A stretch of DNA of 64,000 nt from Utricularia gibba (Eukaryota; Plantae; Magnoliophyta): contig NEEC01000012.1 of assembly GCA_002189035.1 (NCBI GenBank), forward strand, positions 2,046,001 through 2,110,000, written 5' to 3'. Of the stretch, positions 50,110-62,593 are shown one piece after another (position 1 is the stretch's first letter; each line of letters opens with the position of its first letter). The position numbers were made by a program, and so were the translations under genes. The notes below the pieces were generated by a model. It was not told the origin of the DNA and did not search any database. It worked only from the letters and a program-made list of their open reading frames with translations.

Positions 50110-51193
50110 ATGGCCCAAGGAAACCGGCGCATGCTGTACGCCGATTTGTTCAAAACCTCGAATAAAACGCGGGAGCCTGAATCACCGTCCTCGAGCTGGA
50201 CCTCCGCCGCCGCCGTCTCTGATTACTCTTCCTCGTGGTCCTCCACGGCCTCGGATCTCTGTTCCGACGACGGCGATTTCATCGATCAGTTGACTCGAGA
50301 AATGGCTGAGTGTATGCTCCAAGAGGATCATCAAGATCCGATTCCGGACTCCGGTTCCGACGAATTCGAGGTGAAATCGGAACTTCAAATCGCCGTCTCA
50401 AACGCTCTGTTTTTTTTGTTTTTTCGAATCTCGCTTGATTTTTTCGGTCGTTAGGGCTGGGAGAATCGCCCTTCTTATCCGGAACACGCGGCTTCGCTTC
50501 AGGTACCGCCGATAAAGATCTGATTTCTTTTCGATTGGGAATTTTTTTATTAGAGAGTGAATCCGTAAATCCAGATGAAAAATCAACCCCCTACCATGGA
50601 ACCAAGCTCGAATCACTTTGGAGGAAGCAGCAACTCCTGGATTCAAGTGCAAACCGGGGCGGGTATGCGGGCCGTGTTTTTACAGGGTCCGGCTAAAGCA
50701 TCCTCCGGTACTGGAGTCTTCCTCCCTCGAGCAAAAACAACCCCAGTTGAACTGAAGAAGAAGAAAACAGGTACGTCACCAACAGGCAACACCAGTTGAA
50801 CCTTATCACTGGTATTCCAATTCACACGAGTGCTTACAAAAACACAGGGTGTTCCACTGTGCTGATACCAAACAGAGTTCTGGAGATTCTGGAGCTGCAT
50901 CACAACAAAAGATTCTCCTCCGATTCGAGTTCCGGGTTCCGCAGTCAAGGTGCGTGAATGAGGATAAGCCTCACCTTTTTGCTAGTAGATTTGGGAATTA
51001 ACGCCTACCCATCAACCCTCAACTAGCTACCCCACCCAGGCCGAATTCCTCTCTCCTATTCGCCCGACTCTCCGTCCGATCCAATTTCCGATCATGAATC
51101 GGCTTGCGTTTAACCTTTGCAGATGCATGGGAGCAGAAGCGCAACCACGACGACCAGACGCTGCCGCGGCTACCCCAGGAGTGGACTTACTGA
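50110..51193 (+). CDS. Uncharacterised plant protein (GMRAVFL / GTGVFLPR / CSTVLIP / LPQEWTY family), 5 exons
   Basis: Five GT-AG-joined exons keep frame: DFIDQLTREMAECML, GWENRPS, GAGMRAVFLQG...SGTGVFLPR, GCSTVLIPNRV, LPRLPQEWTY*. Confidence 0.85.
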
Positions 51194-52515
51194 ACAGACG
51201 AAGACGACGATGTTGGATGTGAATAAACGAAGAAGGAAGAATGGCGGCCGATCAGCCGTTGCAGAGAATAAGGCCGGTGGCCGGTGGCCGGTGTTGTGGG
51301 TGAGGTATCTACTCTATCTATCCCCTGCGTCGGACGTCACGTGACAGCGACTCACGTGCGTTGGATGCTGTTGTACGATACCTCCCGGTTGTACATTCCA
51401 TTAGTGTGTAACTACCACCAAGTACACTGAATGTCGTCTTCATGATTTCCATGTATGTACATTCATTTGTATCCCTAACTACATCTCATTTGTCGGAATC
51501 AATTAAACACTATTTTCATATTATAAATTTCGAAAATTTTATTTGATAAAAAATAGTCAACTTGATCAATCGAGTACCCCGATAATACCTTTGGACTTAA
51601 TTTATTTATTCGGACCATAGTTGGTAAGGAGAGGTCCAAATAAGGATGTAAGTAACTTAGTTGAATTTCATATATATTAAGAATGAGATCGATATAGATT
51701 TTATATATAGTTATATTCTCTAATCTTAACGATACTTTTTTTCAAAAAGAAAAATGCTAAAACCGTAAAAATAAGATTTTAAAAATAAACAATATCGTAC
51801 AAATAGAATGTGATTTATTATTGAAGTTATGAGGTTAGGCATTGCATATTTAACATGCACTAACGGATGCAATTGCTCATATATTGAAACGGGTGTTCTA
51901 AAATCATTTTACAGATTTCATTTTATATTTTTGAGCTGAAATAAAAATTACTTTTATCAAGTAATCCAAGTGACGTGGCCGAACAAGCTGTTAATGTGGG
52001 GGTAAATATGTCTTTTCCTAGGTATAGGCTAGCAGTTTTTGTAGGGGGTAACGTGACGTTGGAGGGTTCTTTTTGACTAATATATTAGAATTATTTTGTT
52101 AATTTTATATTTGATATAATAAATTTAAATTAAACTTTACAATATTTTGATTCATTAAATTTTATCATATATAATTTATTATATTAAAACACTGTTCTGG
52201 AAAATTTTTAAAACCTATTTTTATTGTTTAAAATTACTTTTGAAAAGTATAAATAAAAAGTAAAATTAATTAATTCATTAGTTTTTTAAAAATAAATTTT
52301 GTAATTATAATTTTAAAAGTGTTTTTCATAAAATTACTTTTACAATTAAAATTGTTTTAGAACAAAATTATTTTTACTTCTGAAAAATATAAATAATTTT
52401 TAAAAAATTTTCAGAACACTATTTAAATTTTATTCATTTAAATGATATTTTTATATAATGTAAAACACATTAAAAACACAGAAAACGTCCAGCCATCCAA
52501 AGATTTTTCCGATTT

Positions 52516-54063
52516 ATGACCGCCGGAAAACTCTTCTCTTTGTCGTCTTATTCCATAGCTCCGGCATTGGTGTCGTTTCATGCCCAACTTATCGTCAATG
52601 GACTGGCTCGCTTGCCTCGTTTTTCATCTAAGCTGATTGCACTCTATGCGCGAAACAAGCATTTGCGCATTGCCCGTAAACTGTTCGACGAAATTCCCAA
52701 CTCGCACCGGGTCGCGATTGTGGGATCGTTTGCGCGAACGGGGTACTCTCAGGAGGCGATTTTTCTCTTCCAACAGGTACATATTGAAGGGTCTGTTAAT
52801 CAACGGATCCTGATTCCTAGTGTTCTCAAAGCCTGCGCGCATCTTAGTGATCACAAAACAGGGATGAAGCTGCACGCGCTCGTCGTGAAGAATGGGTTTG
52901 ATGACGATTCATTCGTCGTCTGTGCGTTGATCAGAATGTACTCCAAGTGCAGGAAGGTGGATGAAGCTAGAAAAGTGTTTGATCTCAATGGCTACAAGGA
53001 TTTGGTATGTCTCAATGCTATAGTATCTGCATACGTTCACGCTGGCTGTGTTGAGCAAGCACACGGCCTTGTCAAGAAGATGGAGGTGATGGGGATGCAG
53101 CCTGACGTTGAGGCATGGAACTCTCTGGTCTCAGGCTTCACACAGAATGGCAACAAGACGATGGTTCTCAAGATCTTCGAGACGATGAGAGCCAACGGGA
53201 TGGATCCGGATGTGGTAACATGGACATCAGTGGTTTCTGGCCTCGTTAAGAATCTCCAATTCAAGGAAGCTTACCGAGCTTTCAAGCAGATGCTGGAGGC
53301 AGGCATATCGCCAGTGCCTCCCACAATCAGTGCTCTGTTGCCTGCGGCGGCAAGCATCGCTGATGCAGGGCTTGGGAAGGAGATTCATGGCTATTCAGTG
53401 GTGATGGGGTTCGAGAAGGATGTGTATGTAAGAAGCGCACTCATAGACATGTATGCGAAAGGAGGGTTCCTAGCGGAGGCATTGTCGTTGTTCAGTGACA
53501 CAACCAGAAGCAACACGGTGGCCTGCAACTCCATGATTTTCGGGTATGCAAATCATGGATACTGTGGAGAAGCAATCCGGCTTTTCAACTGGATGGTGAG
53601 GGAAGGAAGGAAGGTGGATCACATGACATTTTCAGCAGCTCTCACTGCTTGCGCCAATGGAGGTATGGTTGATGTTGGTGAAGGCTTGTTTCAGATGATG
53701 GAAGAAGAGTACGGTATAGTACCAAGAGCTGAGCATTATGCTTCCATGGTGGATCTGCTGGGAAGAGCAGGAAAAGTTCATGAGGCGTATGAGTATATTC
53801 TGAAAATGCCCATCGAGCCTGATTCCTTTGTATGGGGAGCATTGCTAGGTGCCTGCCGGCAACAGGGAGTGGTAGATTTAGCAGAGAGAGCTGTAAAGGA
53901 GTTGGATAAGATGGAGCCCAAGAGTTCAGGGAGCACAGTGCTTTTGTCCAACTTGTACGCTGCCTCAAGCAAATGGAAAGAAGCTATAGAGCTGAAGAAG
54001 ACGATCAAGAAAAAGAAACTGAGACAGTTCCACAGCCGAAGCTGGATGATCCCAAATAGGTGA
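52516..54063 (+). CDS. PLS-class pentatricopeptide repeat protein with E extension, single exon, 515 aa
   Basis: Repeated PPR motifs (VTWTSVVSGLV, VRSALIDMYAKGG, HYASMVDLLGRAG) and an E domain (VWGALLGACR...VLLSNLYA...W). Confidence 0.95.
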   Translation: MTAGKLFSLSSYSIAPALVSFHAQLIVNGLARLPRFSSKLIALYARNKHLRIARKLFDEIPNSHRVAIVGSFARTGYSQEAIFLFQQVHIEGSVNQRILIPSVLKACAHLSDHKTGMKLHALVVKNGFDDDSFVVCALIRMYSKCRKVDEARKVFDLNGYKDLVCLNAIVSAYVHAGCVEQAHGLVKKMEVMGMQPDVEAWNSLVSGFTQNGNKTMVLKIFETMRANGMDPDVVTWTSVVSGLVKNLQFKEAYRAFKQMLEAGISPVPPTISALLPAAASIADAGLGKEIHGYSVVMGFEKDVYVRSALIDMYAKGGFLAEALSLFSDTTRSNTVACNSMIFGYANHGYCGEAIRLFNWMVREGRKVDHMTFSAALTACANGGMVDVGEGLFQMMEEEYGIVPRAEHYASMVDLLGRAGKVHEAYEYILKMPIEPDSFVWGALLGACRQQGVVDLAERAVKELDKMEPKSSGSTVLLSNLYAASSKWKEAIELKKTIKKKKLRQFHSRSWMIPNR

Positions 54064-55467
54064 AGATTTCAAACCTGCTCTCCCTTATGTAGTATTGAAA
54101 TGCAGGCCTCTAGTTCCATTACCAACATCAAGTGTGACAGTACCTCCTGGAAAAAGCACAGCATACCACAGCTAGCAGCTTGGATGCGACAGAACATGTG
54201 CATTTGTTCAAGGATTGGGAAAGACAGGGGATCATGCTACCCACAAAAGCAGTCCGGTTATGCAACAACGAAATGACAATCATATAGCTGTGGACTGTCA
54301 AGACGGAACACAGATTTGGGGGACACTGAGTAAAAGGCTGTTTTGTGGCATTGACCACAGCAAGATGTAGAAATATTACACTGCTCGATGTAATCACATT
54401 ATTGAAGAACTGAGAATGAACAATCTCAGTATTCATGGAAGTCGAGAATCATGCACTACATACATAAATCAACAGTATCAAAAGTCACACTAAATTGACA
54501 GAGAACTTCAACTTCAGTGCACCACAAGAAAACATTTGATGGCAATGCACCTTTCGTCTTCCATTACATCATAGAAGCAACCTACCCATAACTTCGATTT
54601 CCATAATGCTTTCCTATATCTGTAACTTGTACGATGTGAAGATTCTGGAAATCTGAATATATGCCAAAGATTACAGTTATAATACCACGGTATTATGAAT
54701 CAGGGAGAATTCAAAAATAATTCTATAAATGAAGCTCATGGTCCATACTCTGGGTTAACTATCTAATCATGACATTATTGAGATGGAAGAAAAGGCTCCT
54801 CCAGCCTCGAGTATAAGTATCCCTAATCCCACATTCAGTTATACGACTTCACTGCAGTTATCACATCAGAGAGGCATCAAGCACGCATGTAGGTAACAGA
54901 GCAACGGGAATCACTCCACAAGTTTCACAGGCGTAGGGCATTTGATTTTTTTGTGGAAGCTAATGCAGAACCTGAAATCCTTACGCAGATATCATAAGAT
55001 ACAAATCTATTGATATAAAAGTATCCAAATCCTATCCAGTCCAGCTCAACAGAAGTTTTAAAAATGGGTCCCAACTTTTCAAGGCATTGATACTATCAAA
55101 ATCCAACTCTCTTTATAAGTTTTCTACAATCTACAAAAGAAATGGAACAACAAGCAGTGCATATTCTCCAATCGACACTACCTGAAGGTCCACAAAGCCA
55201 CCCCTGTTTATCTAGTGCATTATATCATCGGAATATGTCCCATATTCAAAATAGGCATCCCAACTCAATAAAACTTCAGTATTCGTCGTCAGGAAATTGA
55301 TCACACATAAGTGCTTAAAAGGTGTAAGGAAAGGTTAATATCTTGGTTCACAGAAAGCAATCATGAAAGCTGAAATCGATGGAATGCAGAAGGTAAGCAT
55401 AACCACAGATCCATAAAGGCTAGTATAAGAACACAATACCTTTGCTCCCACTTCAGCAAATCACCGA

Positions 55468-56424
55468 CTAGCATTTACTGTTATTATGTGCCAGACCTTG
55501 CGGGTGACCATTAGGCAGATTTTCTTGCCAGTTCCTCTGATGCTGCTCCATATTCATAAACTGTTGTTGATAATGATCATTGTGATTTGCATGAGCTGCA
55601 TCATACCGAATGTATCCATGTCCATGACCAGTCATTCCCATCATCTGCATTGGCATAATAGATTGTGGAGGGGGGTATACCATTGGCAATGGAAGTCCCA
55701 TATGACTATTTGCACTAGTTCCATTTCCAACACTACTATGACTTCCATTAGAAACGCCGTTTCCATGACTAGGGGCACCGTTAGACGACTCGATAAAGCT
55801 CTGTGGTGGCACTGGGGTGGAGGCAAACAGATGATCCGAAGGCGAAGGACCTTCGTTGGACAATCCTTGCATCCTCTTAACATACAACCTATACTTCTGC
55901 AAATGGCTCGCAACATTTTCCCTAGTCAAACCCTCCACATTCATCAACTGCATAATTGTTTTAGGCACAGCATTCTTCAATCCTAAATGAGCCACCACAT
56001 CAACGAATCGCTTATGTAACTGTGGCGTCCAAACAAGCCTCGGCCTTTTCAGAGTCTTCGCTATCCCCGTCGACTGGTCATCACCGCCGTTATCAACCAC
56101 CAAATCATCGCCTTCCTCCGACCTCCCGGACTTGTTCAATTCCAAACCCTCATCAGTCTCCCCTTCCTCAACACCATGGTCATGACCAAAATTCTTTAAA
56201 TTATATTCCGTAACAGAAGCCATACCAATCCCGATTGAATAAAGAGTGCTCTCCGATGCACGGTTAACCTCCATCACCGTCCGCAGCGGGTCCGGAGATA
56301 TTTTGAAGGCGGAGGCCAGTAGGGGCGGAATCAATGGTTGCGATAACGGCGTCAGATCATCCAGCGACGGCAGTCCAGCTTCCCACTCCGGGACCGCATC
56401 ATCACCAGTCAACCGTTCATCCAT
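55468..56424 (-). CDS. LUX: GARP MYB clock factor LUX/PCL1/BOA-like, single coding exon
   Basis: [82 protein letters not shown] and [10 protein letters not shown]. Confidence 0.95.
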   Translation of the reverse strand: MDERLTGDDAVPEWEAGLPSLDDLTPLSQPLIPPLLASAFKISPDPLRTVMEVNRASESTLYSIGIGMASVTEYNLKNFGHDHGVEEGETDEGLELNKSGRSEEGDDLVVDNGGDDQSTGIAKTLKRPRLVWTPQLHKRFVDVVAHLGLKNAVPKTIMQLMNVEGLTRENVASHLQKYRLYVKRMQGLSNEGPSPSDHLFASTPVPPQSFIESSNGAPSHGNGVSNGSHSSVGNGTSANSHMGLPLPMVYPPPQSIMPMQMMGMTGHGHGYIRYDAAHANHNDHYQQQFMNMEQHQRNWQENLPNGHPQGLAHNNSKC

Positions 56425-56638
56425 GCGATCAAGCAAAGAATCAAGAAAACCAGAGATACTCGAGAGCAGTCGGAGCAGATAGAGAGGAAAGAAACGAGGG
56501 AGGTGCTGGGGCTGCGCTGCGCTACACTGTATCGGATCTTTTCCCATTTTTATTTTCTAATCGATTTTTTAATTATTTTACGGAAACAAAGAAGAGCGAA
56601 ACTTGCAAAACGGTGCCACGCTGGCGCCGATCTGGCTC

Positions 56639-56662
56639 AGATATTTTGCAAGAAAAATATCT
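56639..56662. promoter_or_regulatory. Inverted pair of Evening Elements upstream of LUX
   Basis: AGATATTTT (56639-56647), a 6-nt spacer, then AAAATATCT (56654-56662), about 215 bp upstream of the ATG. The EE is the established CCA1/LHY/RVE site. Confidence 0.8.
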
Positions 56663-56839
56663 TAGAAGATGGGAACAAGATTGGGCACTAGCATGGGCTT
56701 ACTAGTGGAGTACATGGTGGATGGTTGTTACTTTCTAATTAAAAATAAAAAAAATATTCATTCTTATTTATTTTTAACAAATTCATTCTAATACGAACCA
56801 ATTTTGATCCAAGTTATTGAGATTGAATCATTCGATTAT

Positions 56840-57335
56840 TGTCCGAATCTAACTAGTGTCCACCTCTAGATGCAAGTCATACTCACACTACTCATATATT
56901 GTTTTCATACTCAATGTATCATTTGCACGTACAAATGCAACATACGATATAAATGAGTAACTGAAGAAATCTATCATGAAACACAACACTATGATCTCAA
57001 ACTCTGTTCATGAGCTCATTGAGAATGTACCAAAAATGTACATAGCTACCTCTAAGAGTTGATGAGATGGCTTGATTATGCCATCTCCTTTTGAAAGAAA
57101 GCATGATGAAGAAAAGAGAATTCATCCACTTCCTTTCTTTTGAAAGAAGAAGAATCTCCCTTTATATGGGCCAAGGTTATATATCATGAAGGGTCCATTG
57201 GGTTTATTCACCTTACAAACCTCAAAATCCAATGAGCCCATAAAAATCCTCAAAAGGCCCAATATATAATATTTATAATAGCAATTATTAACATATCATA
57301 TGAAATACCAAATATTAAAATCCAAGGTACATACA
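56840..57335. mobile_element. Candidate solo LTR (496 bp)
   Basis: Begins TGT and ends ACA, flanked by identical 5-bp ATTAT (56835-56839 and 57336-57340). It has an internal TATA-like ATATAAAGGGAG on the minus strand (~57156-57167) and no ORF. Confidence 0.6.
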
Positions 57336-58216
57336 ATTATTTATTTTATATATAAAAACAATTTAATTATTAACCTAGGGTTGACTCTATTTCAGAGGAA
57401 TTGAATTTCAACCCAATTTTCAAAATTTAAATGAATTTATATTCGAATTTGAATTTCATTTAAATTTGGATAAACTTAAGGTCGGCGGCCTCATATTCAG
57501 CGAAGGTTGGGCACGGCATCACACATTTGACTATTCTTGTTGGAGGGGCAAGTTCAGGGTGGTTTCCTAGACAGCTAGTCAACGGCTTTCCTAATTGACT
57601 TTTCTACCCCTTCATTAATCCCCAATTATTTATCAAAATAATTAGTTTTAAATGACCCCCGCCAATGGTCATAGCCTCGTGCTTGAAAAATCTCCATAGT
57701 AGCAGCAAATGAGATCACTCATAAAAAGTTGAAAATTCTTGTTCCAGTTATTGGAACTTCCTTGTAAACTTTGTTCGTCTTCTTTGAGTTTTTTTTTGTT
57801 GTCCTTGTACTGTTTTTATCACAATTTATTCTATCTTTATACGATATTGTTCATTTTAGGTATCTAATCTTTTAATTTCAAAGAAAATATATATTATAAA
57901 ATTATAAAAATTAATCTATTTAAATATATCGATTAATGAATGAGGATATATATTGATAAATTGAATAATTTCATGAATAGTTATCCAAATGATGTAATTA
58001 ATTTTTAAAAATAGATTATTCATTTTTACTATTTAAAGATGGGTCAAAATTGTTGATCAATTTGTTAATATATATGAATTTATAAATAATATTTTATGGT
58101 ATTTAAAATAATACGCGGTTGCGAGCACCGCGAGCATAAATAGAGACGTTCAAAGGCGGTTGGTATTTGGAGTCATCCTTTTTTGTTCGCGCTTATCTTC
58201 TTCTGGTGAACTTTCC

Positions 58217-59161
58217 ATGGATTCTCGTCGCCCGGTTTCCGCCGCCGCAACTTCGTATTGGTGTTTCCAGTGCAACGCCGTAGTCAGTGTCCTCTCCGAA
58301 GAGACGGAGGTGCTCTGTGCTGACTGCCGTTCCGGATTTGTGCAGCTTCTCAGCCCAAACCGCTCCCCTGCACCACCGCCAAGTTCTTTATCCAACAATC
58401 GCCGCGACACCGGAGTGTTCTCCTTCAACCCACTCGTCGTGCTTCGGAATTCAGAGGATTCGGCTACAGAGGAGGGCGTGAATCGGAGGAGTTACGAGCT
58501 CTATTACGATGACGGCGATGGATTAGGGCTGCGGCCAGTACCTCCGGCGGTATCGGAGTCGTTGCTGGGATCCGGCTTCGATTTGATGCTCGATCGAATT
58601 TCTCAAATCGGCTTCAATCTCTGGATCCGGTCCGAGAATCAGCCGGCGAGTAAACGCGCTGTCGATTCGCTGCCAACCCTAGAAATCTCACACAGCCATG
58701 TTGATTCCGACTCGCAGTGCGCTGTGTGTACGGACGTGTTCGAGCTTGGGTCAGAAGCCAGAGAGATGCCCTGTAAGCACATCTACCACTCCGACTGCAT
58801 CGTCCCGTGGCTTAAGCTCCACAATTCGTGCCCCGTTTGCCGCCTCAAACTTCCGAGCGACGATTCCGGTGTGTGCCCCGGCCGCATTGGACTGACGTTA
58901 TGGAGGTTACCGAACGGCGCCTTCGTGGTTGGGCGATTCGTCGGTGGATCATCTTACGGCGAGATGCCGTCGGATTTCTCGGAACTGGCGCGCGTGTTGA
59001 ATCTCAATGGTGGCGCGTCAAGCGAAATCGAGTTGGCGCGACGGCGGAGAGGCGGGCGTCTCCGTAGGTTTCTCGGAAATTTAGGGTCGGTATTTGGGGC
59101 GGACCGGCGCATAAGAAGACGGAGCCCGTTCGATTTCGGATCCGGGTCCGTTATCGTTTGA
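58217..59161 (+). CDS. RDUF: RING-H2 E3 ligase with N-terminal zinc ribbon and DUF1117-like tail (RDUF1/2-like), single exon
   Basis: SYWCFQC...CADCRSGFV, PASKRAVDSLP, CAVCTDVFELG..AREMPCKHIYHSDCIVPWL..HNSCPVCR and GLTLWRLPNGAFVVGRF. Confidence 0.9.
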   Translation: MDSRRPVSAAATSYWCFQCNAVVSVLSEETEVLCADCRSGFVQLLSPNRSPAPPPSSLSNNRRDTGVFSFNPLVVLRNSEDSATEEGVNRRSYELYYDDGDGLGLRPVPPAVSESLLGSGFDLMLDRISQIGFNLWIRSENQPASKRAVDSLPTLEISHSHVDSDSQCAVCTDVFELGSEAREMPCKHIYHSDCIVPWLKLHNSCPVCRLKLPSDDSGVCPGRIGLTLWRLPNGAFVVGRFVGGSSYGEMPSDFSELARVLNLNGGASSEIELARRRRGGRLRRFLGNLGSVFGADRRIRRRSPFDFGSGSVIV

Positions 59162-59325
59162 AAATTTAAATAATTTTTAGATTTTTTTGTGAAAAAATTA
59201 ATTCCTATTAGACGCAAACAGTTTAGATAATATTGAATTATTTGTTTATTTATATAACATAATTTTGCTGGTTGCCAACTAGAAAAAGCGCTAAGCACTT
59301 TGCCGTTCCATCCATAACTCCATTT

Positions 59326-60926
59326 TCACCTTCTTCCTAATATATTTCCTGCTTTCCTGTTTCCAACTTGCCACTGCTTGTAAGTCTTTGGGTGCTCGAC
59401 TCTTTGGCTCCCCTCGCAAACTATGATGCTCAGAGCCTTCTTCCGAAAGAGCTGCGCCTCAAGCAGTAAACGGTTCTCATGTTCCCTGCACATGGTGGCA
59501 TCGAACATGTCAAACAAGCTTGAGTACTGAAACAGTGCCTCTCTGAATCTGGCGACGAAGTGGGGCGTGTTGTAAGTTCCATTCACAACTCTGAAAATGA
59601 AGATATCCGGATCGATCTTTCTGATCAATCGTAGAGCAGCATTTTGAAGCCGGTATAATGAGTTCAACGAGCAATTCACCCTCTTCAACCTTGATATCTT
59701 CGACTCTGATAGCCGGTAGAATAAGGGTTTCCCATTTCTGTTCTGTTGAACTGTACTCAAAGGGAACACCGAATCTCGTACAGTGCCAAGCGTCGGCCAG
59801 AGCCACCCTAACAGCTGGTCGGAATCATGGTTGCAGGAGATCAATCCCTGTGACATGAAGTTTCCGAGGTCCATCAGGCCGTGCGGATAAAGCACGGAGG
59901 AGACAAGGCCATTGAAAGCCATAGAGAATACCAAGATCAAGGATGTGGATCGATGATACTCCCAGTACAAGCTTGTTGATGGTCTTATTTCCCAGCATTT
60001 TCGACATCTTCCTACAAAGGCAGGCATTTATCAGTGCTTTCAATGTCTCAGAATCCCAGTTCCGGCCAATCGGGCTTCAAGAGCAGTCGTGAAAGAGTGA
60101 GCCAGCCTCTCCGTGCTATCTCCATGAGAAGAAGAATGCTGCCTTATACGAGTCAGAAGATCATTAGCAGTCCTGAAATCATGATTCGCCACAATTTGTG
60201 CACACTGAATCAGTAAACCAGAAAGATCGACAAACTCTCTGGTGATCCCATGTTTCTTACTTCCTTTACGCCTACCTCGATTATGCCCTCTCCATGATTT
60301 CTTGGAATTTTCACAAGAATCTCCATCAGTTTTCCCACATAGAGGCACGTTATAATACATCTCAATCGGCTCAGACTCGAAATCACAGTTCATCATATTT
60401 TCACTAAATCGATCTAGTCTAACCGAATCGCTCTCTTCTCTCGAAGGATTGATCATTCTTCCTTCTTCAATTCACCGCGCTCGTAGACGATACAGGACTA
60501 GAGGAATAACTACCGGAGGGGCTCTGGCCGAAGGGACAGTCAAAAGCCGTCGTGGAATGCGCATAACTGCCGTTGGAGAGCACATCGTACAGAAATTTCT
60601 CCACAGCCCCTAAACCGAAGCAATCGTGCAACATACCGGGCGTATTCTCCCAATCCTCTTCCTCCATAAACCATTTGGCTGAAAAACTTGAGAATCGCAT
60701 CAGAATGATCATCCTCACGAGATCCGTCGGCGGAATCTCGCTTAACATCAGCCGGAATATTCTTGTGAGTTGTATGATTGACCGCCGCAACTTCGGGTTG
60801 GACTTTGGAATGATTTTCATCGCGAAACCGCGCCGCCGATCGTTGACTTCGCTGTGAATCGTTCGCCGGCGGAAAGCAACTACTAAACCCCGGAATCTCC
60901 ATCTGAGACGAAACACTCAGCGACAT
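59326..60926 (-). pseudogene. GRAS (LISCL / SCL14-SCL33-SCL11 type) pseudogene
   Basis: GRAS motifs are split across several frames: DAILKFFSQM/MEEED..GMLHD, VDLSGLLIQCAQ..RIRQHSS.HGD.TERLAH, IHILDLGILYGFQWPCL, FGVPFEY, VNGTYNTPHFVARFREALFQYSSLFDMFD, TYKQWQ. Internal segments and the C-terminal SAW region are missing. Confidence 0.88.
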
Positions 60927-62593
60927 GGGAAAGGAAATAAGGAACAAAAACGCCAAAATGCATCCATCCAATCCAACGGTCCAAAAAAGCCCCATCACCC
61001 GGTACACGTCACTAATTTAATTATAAAGAAAAAAAACTAGTGGATACATTTTTAAATAATTTAATCAATTTTTTTAGTGTAAAATAATTAAGAATATAAA
61101 TTTCTGGAAATGAGAAAATGTGAATTAATTTAATAATATTATATTATGAAATTCAGTTCAACTGGAATTTCATGTATTCTATTTGTAATAAGCATTAAGA
61201 TATGGAAGATTGTTTATGGAGCGTTATGGAGGTTGAGAGATGAGTGCGCAAAAGCTCCCATCTTCAAGAATTCCCAAACCTTGTGCGTAATTCATGTCTG
61301 TGTTGAATGTGTCGGGAGAAATAGAGAAAGTATGCCTATTGTCATGTCAAGGTATGGCAACGTACTTGAGTTTTTAATCCAATTTATTTCTTCTATGAAA
61401 AGATTCTATCTTTGTGTTTTCATTGCAAGAAAGGAGAAGAAAAATAGAAGAGCTAGTGGGAGGAAGTTCCTGGTATTTCTACGCACACTGTATCTTTCTT
61501 TCTTTCTATCTTTATTTCTTTCTCTTGGTTAATCCATAAAAACCGCAGCTTGAAGCTGTCGCCTCGCTTCATATCCATTTGGGAAATTCCAAGTCAAATG
61601 AGATTCACTATTTTGCCTTCTTGTTACTGTTTTCATTCTGTTTTACGCCTTCTTTTTACTCTGGGGCTGAAATTTTGATTCTTGTTTCTGACCCACATTT
61701 TGTCCGGTCGTATGAGTCACCCCTTTGAAATGATCCAAAGAGAAACGCTTTCTTCGCTGCCTGTCCCCTTTTAGAACCCCTTGTTTGGTTTCAATAAGCA
61801 TTGGCCTGCTCAGAAAGATATGCGGGGGTGATCTGGGGCGCAGGTGAAGGAGTTGTTTGCTGATTTAGTGATAACGCGAGTTTTTTTGTATTCTATATTT
61901 TGTTCTAAATCTGCGTAACACGACTACTGTATGTTTTAGATGTTGATTATACATGGAAACAGCATATTGTCATTGCCATATGGTTTGATATCCTTGCGGT
62001 ACATGTCTCTTCTGCATTTTGTTAGTTTGATATTAAAATTCATTTCATGAACAAGGTTTTGAACTTGCAATTCGATGAAAACTGAAGATTGGATTTTTTA
62101 CACAGATAATGTGAATAATTCTGATATTTTGTTGCTGTCTGAAAGTTTATGGGCTGTGAAGTAACGATAAGCATGCTCGGATCAGTATAAGCAGATCTTG
62201 TTTCTTATCTTTAACTTTTAATGATCCACTTGCAAACTCTGTGAAACATTATTGTAGTTGCTGATTGTTCTGTGTGTTTCTCTTTGAGATAGCATTTCAT
62301 ATTTCATCAATTTCTGTTGCTTTCAGATTATCTTTAAAATATATATAAGTTGATGTAATTAAAACTAGCAGGGTGTCTGGAAATGCCAATCCTTTAGGTG
62401 GGGTTTGAGTTACATTTTACCTTATGCATCATTGAAGAAGCGTTTGAGAGTGCTAGTGTTTGATATTGCATTTGGTCCTGATATCCAGGCTTGTCTCCAA
62501 GATCTATCTCTCCTAGTTGCACTTTCTGTGTTGCTCTTTTTGCATTCTTCTGAAGCAATGGTCCATTTTGGCAGCTGACAGGGTTTTGAACTC

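Noticed and set aside
54128-54436. 102-aa minus-strand ORF between PPR and LUX
   Set aside because: No motif and UTR-like composition.
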